64,000 bases of DNA from Deltaproteobacteria bacterium (GTDB taxonomy: Bacteria; Desulfobacterota; Binatia; UTPRO1): positions 2,289 to 66,288 of the forward strand of contig JAJCZP010000221.1 of the NCBI GenBank assembly GCA_029262315.1, read 5' to 3'. The position numbers were made by a program, and so were the translations under genes. Positions 8,781 to 17,939 of this stretch are shown here, one piece after another. The notes under the pieces were generated by a model, which saw only the letters and a list, made by a program, of their open reading frames with translations, was not told the DNA's origin and searched no databases. The first letter of the stretch is position 1. Every line of letters starts with the position of its first letter.

Positions 8781-9500
8781 ATGCCAATTGCCTCAACGCA
8801 AGTCAGACCACATGACCGGGCAAGCGTCGCGATCATCTGCACCCTGGGCCTCACCATCGCATTCGTGCTCACGGGGAACGCCGGCTGGGCGATCCTCGCA
8901 GGCATTGCCACCGTGGGGTTGGGCGTCGTCGCTCGCATCTTCAGCCGGCAGGCTCCCGGCCCAATGCCCCACAGATTCCGCGGCGTACTCTTCCTGCCGC
9001 GCGGCCCGCATTCCTCCGCCCACCTGCACCGCATCCTTGAGCCCCGAGCGGGCGAGCGGATCCTCGAGATCGGCCCCGGCGTCGGCATCCATGCGGTCCC
9101 CATGGCGGCGGCCCTGGTCCCGGGTGGCGTACTCGAAGCGATGGATGCGCAGGTAGCGATGCTCGCCGACCTCGAACACCGCGCGGATCGCGCCAGCGTG
9201 ACCAACATCGTCACGACGCAGGGCAACGCCCAGCGCCTCCCGTATGTCGATCGATCGTTCGACGCGGCGTACCTCATCGGCGTTCTGGGTGAGGTTCCTG
9301 ACGGTGACGCTGCGCTGCGCGAGCTGCGCCGCGTTCTCAAGCCCGACGGACGGCTGATCATCGGCGAAATGGTGCTCGACCCGGACTACGTGACGCTCTC
9401 GGCACTCACGCGGGCCGCAGAAAACGCCGGATTCCTCTTCGACCGACGCCAAGGACCGAAGGCGGCGTACTTCGCCCGCTTCGTGCCTGGCGACCGGTGA
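8781..9500 (+). CDS. Membrane-anchored class I SAM-dependent methyltransferase
   Basis: Two N-terminal hydrophobic helices (VAIICTLGLTIAFVL.., WAILAGIATVGLGVVA) followed by the SAM motif ILEIGPGVG. Divergent from the TetR gene. Confidence 0.75.
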   Translation: MPIASTQVRPHDRASVAIICTLGLTIAFVLTGNAGWAILAGIATVGLGVVARIFSRQAPGPMPHRFRGVLFLPRGPHSSAHLHRILEPRAGERILEIGPGVGIHAVPMAAALVPGGVLEAMDAQVAMLADLEHRADRASVTNIVTTQGNAQRLPYVDRSFDAAYLIGVLGEVPDGDAALRELRRVLKPDGRLIIGEMVLDPDYVTLSALTRAAENAGFLFDRRQGPKAAYFARFVPGDR

Positions 9501-10110
9501 GGGAGCCGGGCGGATCGCACGCGACGCGGCAATCACGGCGGCAGTTCTCGTTCGAAGCCGTGATCCGGGACCGCGATTCGCCAGCGGTGCGATCAGGCGA
9601 TGGCGTCTAGCGTAAGCCCGCGCTCGACTCTCGGACGAGACGGGAAGATGCGCTCGTGGTCGGCGCTCGAGGCGCCACTCGCGCGGGGTACGATCGCTCC
9701 AGGCTCGCGAGCGCGCTCGGATACTCCGTCGCGCGTACCCGGCGCGAATCGCCGGGCTCCGAACCCCAGCCGCGGGGCACTGCCAACGGCCCTCCTCGAA
9801 GACTTGGAACATCCAACCCGCTGATTGCTTATCAGCGTCACCGCGAGAGGCCCCGCCAATTCAGCCGCTTGCAATGGGCTGCTACCATGCCGCTACGGGG
9901 ACCACGCCGACATCACGGCTGCCACGGCGACTCTCCCTCTAGCGGACGGAGGCGCATAGGCTTCCACTCAGGCTCGACGCTCACGAAGCCGACCATGCGC
10001 CCGGAAGGTCAACTGGGGGTCGAACTACATGTGGGCGCTCAACGCAACGTCCCGGCTCGACTCCGAGCGCACCGGCGTAGCGCGTCCACGCACGGGCCGA
10101 CCAGCCCGCC

Positions 10111-11037
10111 TCACTCCTGCGTCTTGAACCGCACCGGCACCCGCGGTGTGTCATCCACCGCGAACGAGAAGACGTCCGGGCGCGAGTAGTGCCCGACGAC
10201 GTCGAAATCGAACTTGCCGCGGGCAACGTCGGCTAGGTCGATGTCGGCACGAAGGATCGCCTCCTCGTCGAATACCGGGCCCGCGTGGCACTCCCCGAGT
10301 GGCCCGTACACGGCGCTGCCGCCGCGTGAGAGGGTCGACCTCGGCTGCTCGCCGCCGGTGTCGATCTCGGCGCCCTCGGGGACGTACATGTTGCAACCGA
10401 TGACGAAACAGCGGCCCTCGAGGGCGATGTGCTGGAGGGTGGCCTGCCAGCCGGGGCGCGAGTCGGCGGTTGGTGCAATGTAGATCTCGACGCCCTGGGC
10501 GTACAGCGCCATTCGCGCGAGTGGCATGTAGCTCTCCCAGCAGACCAGCGCGCCGAGTTTTCCGATCTCCGTGGGAACGACCTTGAGGGTACTGCCGTCG
10601 CCCTCGCCCCAGATGTAGCGTTCGGCCGCTGTGGGCTTGAGCTTCCGGTGCTTGTGCAGCAACTCGCCGGTCGGAGAGAAGTAGAGAACCGTCGAGTACA
10701 GGGTACCTCGTCCGAACGACGAATCGCGTTCGACGATACCGACGACGACGAACGCACCGGCCTCTTTGGCGGCTTCCGCCATGCGCGCCGTCTCTGGACC
10801 CGGGACGTCGATGGCGCCGTCGTAGTAGCGCTGAAACAAACGCCGGCCCTCGGGCGTACGATCACCCACCACCGCGCCGAACTGCAGACCACGCGGATAC
10901 CCGCCGATGAAATTCTCCGGAAAGACGACGAGCTGGGTACCTGGTGTAGCCGCGCTCCGGAGCTTCGCACAGAAATGCTCGACACCGGCGGCCGCGTCGA
11001 AGAGCACGCCGGCCGCCTGGACGACGGCGATGTTCAC
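10111..11037 (-). CDS. Carbon-nitrogen hydrolase (nitrilase superfamily)
   Basis: Catalytic triad context VVFPENF (Glu), HRKLKPT (Lys), GALVCWESY (Cys). 308 aa. Last gene of a four-gene minus-strand operon. Confidence 0.85.
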   Translation of the reverse strand: MNIAVVQAAGVLFDAAAGVEHFCAKLRSAATPGTQLVVFPENFIGGYPRGLQFGAVVGDRTPEGRRLFQRYYDGAIDVPGPETARMAEAAKEAGAFVVVGIVERDSSFGRGTLYSTVLYFSPTGELLHKHRKLKPTAAERYIWGEGDGSTLKVVPTEIGKLGALVCWESYMPLARMALYAQGVEIYIAPTADSRPGWQATLQHIALEGRCFVIGCNMYVPEGAEIDTGGEQPRSTLSRGGSAVYGPLGECHAGPVFDEEAILRADIDLADVARGKFDFDVVGHYSRPDVFSFAVDDTPRVPVRFKTQE

Positions 11038-11073
11038 GGAGCGGCCTCCACCATCAGCGTCGGCCGCTCGTGG

Positions 11074-12093
11074 TCATGCCTCCAGATCACCTTCTTTGAG
11101 ATTGAGGTTCTCCATGATGTCCTCAACCTCTGCGGCCTCGGGAACCGCGTTCGCCTTGCCGAGGGCCTTCTCGCGGTCCATGAGGCCGTTCCGGACTAGC
11201 TCGGCAAGCTCGTTCACGTACGGGTTGAACCCGAACCGCTTCGAGTGCTGGAGGATGCCGAGATCGTTCAGGCGACAGTTGCTGCTGTTCCGGCCGGTAT
11301 CGGTCGGCATCTTCCACCCGAACTGCTTGATCTTCTCAATCACCATCTCCTCGCCGTACGGGACGGCGAGCAAGGGATTGATGACCGTCACCTGACGCAC
11401 CGACGACTCCTCGGGCAGCTGGAAGAACCGCGAGCCCTCATCGCCAAAGGCTTTCAGATAGCGCTCGGTGCTCCGCTGGCGCGTACGCCCAAGCGCGTCG
11501 AGATCGAGCTTCATCATCGCCGCGTCCTTCGGCACCTGCCCACCAATGTACCCGCCGACGATCACCTGGATGCCCCAGTGCGCGGCGAGCTTCACCATGA
11601 AGGTATTGATGATGTTGATACACGAGTTGCAGACGGCGCTCGCTCGCGTCACCGCGGCTTTCACATGCACGTCGCCGGTCAGGCTCGTCCGATACATGCT
11701 CTTCATGAACGTCGACGAGGGGCGGAAGAACATGTGGTCGACGCCGAGTGTGTCGGAGATGGCCTTGCAGTTCTCGATGGCGGTCGGGGACAGGAACGAG
11801 TTGTCGATAGTCACCGCGAGCGGGCGGACCTTGTACTCGTGCGCCATCAACCAGGTGACGTACGTGGAGTCCTTGCCGCCACTGTAGGCGACGATGCAGT
11901 CGTACTCCGACTTGCCACGCACCTGGTCGAACACCGCCTCGATCTGCCCGCGCAGCTCGGCGCGGATGCGGTTGAACTCGGGAATCGGCGGGGCCTTCTG
12001 ACAGTAGCTGCACACGCCCTCGGCATCGAACGAGATGTTCGGGAAGGTCTCGGGAAGAATGCAGCGGGTACACCTGCGCATGTCCTTGCTCAT
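11074..12093 (-). CDS. PP-loop ATP pyrophosphatase resembling N-acetyl-sugar amidotransferases (WbuX/WbpG/PseA-like)
   Basis: N-terminal double CxxC zinc ribbon CTRCILPETFPNISFDAEGVCSYC followed by the PP-loop AYSGGKDST. This architecture is typical of the LPS N-acetyl sugar amidotransferase family. Confidence 0.75.
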   Translation of the reverse strand: MSKDMRRCTRCILPETFPNISFDAEGVCSYCQKAPPIPEFNRIRAELRGQIEAVFDQVRGKSEYDCIVAYSGGKDSTYVTWLMAHEYKVRPLAVTIDNSFLSPTAIENCKAISDTLGVDHMFFRPSSTFMKSMYRTSLTGDVHVKAAVTRASAVCNSCINIINTFMVKLAAHWGIQVIVGGYIGGQVPKDAAMMKLDLDALGRTRQRSTERYLKAFGDEGSRFFQLPEESSVRQVTVINPLLAVPYGEEMVIEKIKQFGWKMPTDTGRNSSNCRLNDLGILQHSKRFGFNPYVNELAELVRNGLMDREKALGKANAVPEAAEVEDIMENLNLKEGDLEA

Positions 12094-12359
12094 GACGCGC
12101 CTTTCTGCTGGACAAGCTGGGCGAGCCCGGCAACGGATGCGAGCAGGTCCGACATGAGATCGTCGGGCTCGAGCTCGACGCCAAACTGCTCCTGGATGAA
12201 CGTAACGATCTCGATCACGCCGAAAGAATCGATCACTCCATTCTCGAAGAGGTCGCTGTCGTACGCAAGCGTCCCATCGGAGAACGAAACGAGAAACTTG
12301 TCTGCGATAAACTGGGCGAGGGCATCAGCCTCCCCACCGGTCTTCTTCAAGGTCTCCAC
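12090..12359 (-). CDS. Stand-alone acyl/peptidyl carrier protein
   Basis: 89 aa, acidic, with a phosphopantetheine-attachment-like GVIDSFGVIEIV (DS-F motif). Its stop overlaps the downstream PP-loop gene start by 4 nt. Confidence 0.7.
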   Translation of the reverse strand: METLKKTGGEADALAQFIADKFLVSFSDGTLAYDSDLFENGVIDSFGVIEIVTFIQEQFGVELEPDDLMSDLLASVAGLAQLVQQKGAS

Positions 12360-12389
12360 GACGTGTGTCCTCTCGGCCCAGCTGGGCGG

Positions 12390-13895
12390 TCAAGCGTCCC
12401 GCGGGCGCGCTTCCTGCTCTCGAAGCACGTGCCGACGCGGTTTCCCCAATTCGTTTCTGGGTATCTCATCAATCCATTCGAAGGCAACGGGGATCTTGTA
12501 CGGCTCGAGCTTCGGTCGCACGAAGCTCTCCAGCTCGTCAGCGCTCGGCAGCGGCCCCTGCGCCGACACCAGAAATGCCTTTACCCGCGAGCCAACGAGG
12601 GCTTGCGGGTCTTCGATGCCGATACACGCGGCCTCCTGTACGGCCGGGTGACTGGCGAGCACGTCTTCGATCTCCACGGGTGCCACCTTGTGTCCACCAA
12701 CGTTGATGATGTCACCCGCTCGGCCAAGAAGATAGGCGTATCCTGTGTCGTCTATCCGCCCCAAGTCGCCAGTGTTGAGCCATTCTTCCTCGCGCCGCCC
12801 GATGCCGTCGGCCGTCCAGGTTGCGGTCGAGACGTGATCCCCTTGGACCACGATCGCGCCCGCCTCATTGGGCGGCAGGACACTACCGGCCTCGTCGAGG
12901 ATCGCCAGCGTCACGTTCGGTGAGGCCCGCCCGACCGAGTCCAGCCGGTCGGCTGACTCGTGAAACTCGATGAAACAGGAGCGCGAGCCCTCGGTCAGAC
13001 CGTAGTGCATGCAGATGCGCGTGGTCGGTAGGAGCTCCATCAGCAGGTGCTTGTCCTCGGTGGGCATCGGAGCGCTGCCGATCTCGATATAGCGAAGCTG
13101 TCCCGCGTACTCCGACAGGGCGTTGCCGGTCATCCGCTTCAGGAGCGCCCACGCGGCGGGGACGAAGCTGAAGCCGGTGGCATGCCAAGTCTCAAGGGCC
13201 GCGAAGATGCGCTTCGGAAACATGAAACCCTGCACCAGCACGAGAGTGCCGCCCGCGAACAGCTGGCAACGCATGCGTCCCAGTCCGAAAGAATGGTTGA
13301 GAGGGAGCGCCAGCACCTCGACATCCGAGGTGTCGTTGCCAACGAACGCGTTGATGTTCCGTGCGGCGGCGCACTGATTGCCGTGCGTGATGATCGTGCC
13401 CTTCGGCGTCCCCGTGGTGCCACTGGTGAGGAGAATGTCGGCGTGCGTGTCCGGAGTCGGAAATGCCGATGGCGCGCCGTCGTCGGGGCCTGGGGTCGTG
13501 GGGAAGTCGGCCAGGGGCACGACGCGGCATGCAGGCTCGACGCCCTTCTTGACGACCGCCGGACAAAAAACTGTTGGACGAATCAGCTCTATGGTGGCCG
13601 CCAACTGGTCCGGCGACATTTTCGGCGTGATCGGAACCGCCGTGGCGTGGACGCGATGGGTCGCCAGGTAGGCGATCACGAACTCGAGCGAGTTGGTACC
13701 GGCAAGCAGCACGCGATCCCCCGCCGATACGCCGGCTTCTCGCAGGACCTGCGCCCCAACACCGACGGCCGCTTGCAGTTCCCGGTACGAAAGGACCTGT
13801 TCGCCGCTGACCACCGCGGGGTGCTCCGGGCGTTCCTGTGCCCAGGCTGCAAGCTGTCCGATCAGGGATGTCGCACGTGTCTCTTGGTGGCCCAT
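12390..13895 (-). CDS. AMP-dependent synthetase/ligase (adenylate-forming enzyme; acyl-CoA or acyl-ACP ligase)
   Basis: LTSGTTGTPKG AMP-binding P-loop plus C-terminal ..GRAGDIINVGGHKVAPVEIE... 501 aa. First gene of the operon; a low-GC promoter region lies upstream. Confidence 0.9.
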   Translation of the reverse strand: MGHQETRATSLIGQLAAWAQERPEHPAVVSGEQVLSYRELQAAVGVGAQVLREAGVSAGDRVLLAGTNSLEFVIAYLATHRVHATAVPITPKMSPDQLAATIELIRPTVFCPAVVKKGVEPACRVVPLADFPTTPGPDDGAPSAFPTPDTHADILLTSGTTGTPKGTIITHGNQCAAARNINAFVGNDTSDVEVLALPLNHSFGLGRMRCQLFAGGTLVLVQGFMFPKRIFAALETWHATGFSFVPAAWALLKRMTGNALSEYAGQLRYIEIGSAPMPTEDKHLLMELLPTTRICMHYGLTEGSRSCFIEFHESADRLDSVGRASPNVTLAILDEAGSVLPPNEAGAIVVQGDHVSTATWTADGIGRREEEWLNTGDLGRIDDTGYAYLLGRAGDIINVGGHKVAPVEIEDVLASHPAVQEAACIGIEDPQALVGSRVKAFLVSAQGPLPSADELESFVRPKLEPYKIPVAFEWIDEIPRNELGKPRRHVLREQEARPRDA

Positions 13896-14005
13896 GAAAA
13901 ACTGCGTTGGAGACGTACCTTACGCTGTTACCTCGACGCTGATAAGGGTCCAAGTCCCGTCTTTTCGGGCTCCCTAGCGAGAATCCTTGCTATTATCTTT
14001 GCGTA

Positions 14006-14035
14006 TTGACGCATCATCTCCCGGCCGCGCATAAT
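14006..14035 (+). promoter_or_regulatory. Sigma70-like promoter candidate for the giant secreted-protein gene
   Basis: TTGACG, an 18-nt spacer, then CATAAT, in a low-GC gap, about 90 nt upstream of the AAGGAG RBS and ATG at 14123. Confidence 0.3.
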
Positions 14036-14122
14036 CTGCCCCGTGCCGATTCTCCACTAGGGGTCCCACCACTGCGCGGAGCGCGCACAGATCGAGCTGA
14101 TCAGTTAAGGAGTACACGGGAG

Positions 14123-17100
14123 ATGTCGAATCCGCTGTCGCGGCAACGCTGGGTCGTCGGCGTACTTTTCACCGCATTCTACGTTGCTGTCGCTGCCCCC
14201 GCTGGCGCCGTGACGCGCGCGTGCGGACCCGACGCGATCGCCAATACGAACGACGTGCTGTGCGCGGCCCCAAGCGGCCCCTGCAATGGAGTCTCGGTGG
14301 TCGTCAGCACGGCCATCGAGATTCCCGACGGCGTGCCCTGCAACTTCGACCTTGGTGGCCGTGATCTGACCTTCGACCGCACGATTGAAGTGACCGGGAG
14401 ATTCGGCGCTCTGAACGGCGTGATTCGTGTGTTCAACGCCCAGAACATCACCGTCAGCGACACGGGAAAATTGAAGGCACAGGGCGACTTCGTCCAGCCA
14501 GCTGGCTTCATCACCGGCGGCGGCCTGATCTCGCTGGACGCCTCCGGTGATATCTTCCACGAAGGCGTGATGGACGTCACTGGCGATAGTGCCGGAACCA
14601 TCATCCTCGACGCCGCGGGCGAAGTGCAGATCCTCAACAACTCCGAGCTGACCGGCAACGGGCTGAGTTCGTTTCTCGACGAGGGCGAGCGCTTCGCGGA
14701 CGGCGGCACCCTCGATATCACCGCGGGCGCGGGCGACATCACGATCAACGGCGATATCTCCATGCGCGGCTCCAACCAGGCCACCGGAGGCACGCTCACC
14801 TTCCAGGCCGCCAAGAGCGTCTTCCTGAACAAAGCCATCGACATGTCGGGCGGCGGCGGCGACGGCGGTGCGCTCGAGGTAGAAGCGGGTGACCACATCA
14901 CCATCAGTAAAACGATCGATGGCGTCAGCCGCGCGGGAGCCGGCTTCGGCGGATCGGTGCTCCTATTCGCCGGTGAGGACGGTCTCGGCGGCGTGGTCCC
15001 CGGCGGCAACCTCGATGTCGACAGCGCGAGCATCAAGCTGCAGGGCAGCTCCACCGACGAGTTCGGAGGTGACGGCGGCGAAGTCGACATCGCGGCAGCA
15101 GGCAACGTCCGGTTCTTCGGCTCGGGTGTCTCCATTCGCGTCGACGCCGCGACCAACTGGGATGGCTCCGGGGGAACCGTCGCGATCGATACGGGAGACT
15201 CGAAACCGAGTACGATCGGCCCGACCGATGGCAACATCGAAATCGATGGCCTGATCTCCGCCCGGGGCGGCGACCTGGACAGCAGTGGTGGGGAGATCGA
15301 TCTCAGCGCTGGGGCCGATCTGATCATCACGGCGGACATCGACCTCAGCGCAAAGGATACCGGGGGCGATCTCACCGGCGATGCTGGCGGCGCGATCCTC
15401 CTCGACGGCGTGATCTCGGCCCCCGCGACCGATAGCGCGGGCGAGGGCGGCTTCATTGACCTGATTGCCGGCGTCGCGTCCGACGCGACGCTCACGGTGT
15501 CCAAGAATATCCTCGCGCCCGGCGGCGCGACGAGTAGCAGTGGACAGAACATCTCGCTGTCGGCATGCACACTCGTCGTCGATGACAACACCAGGGTGGA
15601 TGGCCAGGGCGGCGTCAGCCTCGGTGGCGCCGAGGGCGGCGCCGACATCGATCTCATCTCGCGCCGGCCCATGCAGCTGGGGTCCGACTCGCGATTTCTC
15701 GCGGGCCCGGGAGGATCGGTCGTTGCCACGTACCCTCCAGGACAAGATCCCGTGATCGGCTCCGGTGTCACCTTCGCCCCACCGCTCTTCACCAACATCA
15801 ATCCCGTGGGGGCCTATCCGAACTGCCCCGTCTGCGCTGATGGCATCCTGCAATCAGGCGAGGTCTGCGATCCCGGGCTCGACGCCTGCTGCAATCCGAC
15901 CTGTAACGGCTTCATCTGCCCCACGCCCACGGTCACGCCCATCCCCACAACGACCCCAACCACGACTGTCGGGGGTCCGACTGCCACCCCAACCGTGACG
16001 GCGACACCGACGACGACCGTCACCCCGACGACGACCAGCACACCGATCGCTACGGCGACCACGACACCGACGGCCACGACGACGGCGACGCCACTCGCGA
16101 CGGCTACGAGCACTGCGACGGCCACGGCGACGCCAATCGCGACGCCCACCGCGACGGCCACCATCACGGTGAACCCCACCGCCACCGCGACGCCCGTTCC
16201 CACCGGCACGCCCACGGCAACGGCGACGCCCGTCCCGACGAGCACGGCCACTCCCGGTGTGAGCACTCTCGATCACTACAAATGCTACAAATCCAAAACA
16301 GCCGCGGGCACCGAAGCGCTGGCGCAACTGGAAATCCTGCTGGCCGATGCGTTCGAGACCAAGCTCACCAAGATCCGGAAGACACGCGAGATCTGCACCG
16401 CCACCGATGTCGATGGCGAGGTCATCAACGACCCGACGGCACACTTGCAGTGCTTCACCGTCAAGGACGTCGCTGGCCAGGCGAACTTCCAACGCCGCGA
16501 CATCGAGGTCGAGAATCGTTTCGGTCCGCAGACCTTCACGGCGCGCAAGCTCCGGCGCATGTGCATGCCCGCCGTGCTCGACGCCGCGCCCTCGCTCCTG
16601 AACATCGACGCCATGAAGTGCTACACGGCGAAGACCGCCTCGGGCACGCCAAACTTCACGTCGCTAGAAGCCACGCTCACCGATCGGTACGAGTCGAAGC
16701 TGACGCGTATTCTCAAGGTGGAGAGTTTCTGCCAAGCCGTCGAGGTCGGCGGCCAGCCTACGCTCAACCCCGCGGCCGAGCTGCACTGCTACAAAATTCG
16801 TGATGCCGCGGGTCAGCCCAAATTCAACCGGCTCGAGGCGGGCGCGGAGAGTGGTTTGGGCGCGGAGGTCGTGAGCGTACAGAAGCCAACCGCGTTGTGT
16901 GTGCCCTCGACACGCGTGGCTCCTCCAGCGTGCGGCGATGGCACCGTCGATCCCGGCGAGCAATGCGACGACGGCAACACCGATCCGGGCGACGGCTGCG
17001 ATGATCTCTGCAGACTCGAGCAGTGTGGCGACGGCCAGCTGCAGCCCGGCGAAGGCTGCGATGATGGCGCCGCGAACGGCACCAACGATTGCTGCACGAC

Positions 17101-17809
17101 GATCTGCCAGCTGGTCGATCCCGACGGCGACGGCGTCTGCAGCCGCGATGATGCCTGCCCGGCCGACGCCGACAACGATAGCGACAGTGACGGATTCTGC
17201 GTTGGGACCTCGTTCCAGCCCCCGGCCATCGGCGGTGACGACCCGTGCTCACGCCCCGCGACACCGTGGATCAAGCCGAAGGCCACGTTCAGCAAACTCG
17301 ATCGCGTCGCCGGCCAGCACAAGTTCACGATCAAGGGCGAGTTCGTCGTACCGACGGGGGGCCTCGCGGTCGCGCCGCAGGCGCGCGGCGTCCATCTGCG
17401 CGTCGTCGACAACGCCGGCACGCTCATCATCGACGAACGCATTCCCGGCGGGTTCTTCTCGCAGGCCACAGGTGTGGGCTGGAAACTGGGCGGCAACCCG
17501 ACGAACAAGTGGACGTACATCGACAAAACGAGACCGCCGCTGCTCGCCGGCATCAACAAACTCCAGGTTCAGGATCGGTCGAACAAGCAACCGGGCCAGT
17601 TCAAGGTCTCGATCGCCGGCCGGCAAGGCGCCTATGCACTCGCGCCTGGCCAAGAGCCCATCACGATCGCAGTCGAGTTCAACGACACGGGCATCCCGCC
17701 AGGTGGCACGGTGGGCGTCGACCAATGCGCCGAGCTGACGTTCGATCTGTTGCCGATCCGTCCCGGGTGCGGCTTCAACGGGCGAGCCAACAAACTCGGC
17801 TGCAAGTAG
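14123..17809 (+). CDS. Giant secreted multidomain adhesin-like protein. Order of parts: beta-helix-like Gly-rich repeats, Pro/Thr linker, two HYxCY modules, two Myxococcus-type Cys-rich repeats, TSP3-like Ca-binding repeats, C-terminal domain.
   Basis: RBS AAGGAG then ATG 14123, with signal peptide [31 protein letters not shown]. Repeats are [27 protein letters not shown] and [24 protein letters not shown], plus [28 protein letters not shown]. 1228 aa. Confidence 0.85.
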   Translation: MSNPLSRQRWVVGVLFTAFYVAVAAPAGAVTRACGPDAIANTNDVLCAAPSGPCNGVSVVVSTAIEIPDGVPCNFDLGGRDLTFDRTIEVTGRFGALNGVIRVFNAQNITVSDTGKLKAQGDFVQPAGFITGGGLISLDASGDIFHEGVMDVTGDSAGTIILDAAGEVQILNNSELTGNGLSSFLDEGERFADGGTLDITAGAGDITINGDISMRGSNQATGGTLTFQAAKSVFLNKAIDMSGGGGDGGALEVEAGDHITISKTIDGVSRAGAGFGGSVLLFAGEDGLGGVVPGGNLDVDSASIKLQGSSTDEFGGDGGEVDIAAAGNVRFFGSGVSIRVDAATNWDGSGGTVAIDTGDSKPSTIGPTDGNIEIDGLISARGGDLDSSGGEIDLSAGADLIITADIDLSAKDTGGDLTGDAGGAILLDGVISAPATDSAGEGGFIDLIAGVASDATLTVSKNILAPGGATSSSGQNISLSACTLVVDDNTRVDGQGGVSLGGAEGGADIDLISRRPMQLGSDSRFLAGPGGSVVATYPPGQDPVIGSGVTFAPPLFTNINPVGAYPNCPVCADGILQSGEVCDPGLDACCNPTCNGFICPTPTVTPIPTTTPTTTVGGPTATPTVTATPTTTVTPTTTSTPIATATTTPTATTTATPLATATSTATATATPIATPTATATITVNPTATATPVPTGTPTATATPVPTSTATPGVSTLDHYKCYKSKTAAGTEALAQLEILLADAFETKLTKIRKTREICTATDVDGEVINDPTAHLQCFTVKDVAGQANFQRRDIEVENRFGPQTFTARKLRRMCMPAVLDAAPSLLNIDAMKCYTAKTASGTPNFTSLEATLTDRYESKLTRILKVESFCQAVEVGGQPTLNPAAELHCYKIRDAAGQPKFNRLEAGAESGLGAEVVSVQKPTALCVPSTRVAPPACGDGTVDPGEQCDDGNTDPGDGCDDLCRLEQCGDGQLQPGEGCDDGAANGTNDCCTTICQLVDPDGDGVCSRDDACPADADNDSDSDGFCVGTSFQPPAIGGDDPCSRPATPWIKPKATFSKLDRVAGQHKFTIKGEFVVPTGGLAVAPQARGVHLRVVDNAGTLIIDERIPGGFFSQATGVGWKLGGNPTNKWTYIDKTRPPLLAGINKLQVQDRSNKQPGQFKVSIAGRQGAYALAPGQEPITIAVEFNDTGIPPGGTVGVDQCAELTFDLLPIRPGCGFNGRANKLGCK
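15921..16258 (+). repeat. Low-complexity coding repeat (ACN/CCN/GCN codons) encoding the Pro/Thr/Ala linker
   Basis: Encodes [114 protein letters not shown] inside the 14123-17809 CDS. Confidence 0.7.
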
Positions 17810-17939
17810 CGCGGCGGGCGGGCTTTCGCCCCGCCGAAGATGAATACGACGACGCGTCTCCGCGGGTATCGCGAAGTCCGTCCGTTCCCGCTAGATAGCC
17901 TCTGACAATGCTATGCTGGCGCCCCGGATGGAGGACTCC

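Noticed and set aside
9501-10110. Looked for a tRNA, riboswitch (B12 box-like GGCACTGCC) or small gene in the 600-bp gap
   Set aside because: No T-arm GGTTCGA-type motif, no convincing B12 box or SAM/TPP core, and no ORF with an RBS and protein-like composition. It is kept only as a low-interest observation.
14105-15853. Several 260-540-aa minus-strand ORFs inside the giant adhesin gene
   Set aside because: Opposite strand of a gene with signal peptide, RBS and multiple recognisable repeat families. Translations are Pro/Ser/Ala low-complexity.
15921-16258. Periodic ACG/CCG/GCG DNA repeats; considered as a CRISPR or satellite array
   Set aside because: The period is 3 nt and in frame, encoding a Pro/Thr/Ala linker within a CDS. 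There is no spacer/repeat architecture. The same applies to 52210-52550 and to the Gly/His repeat DNA at 50290-50560.
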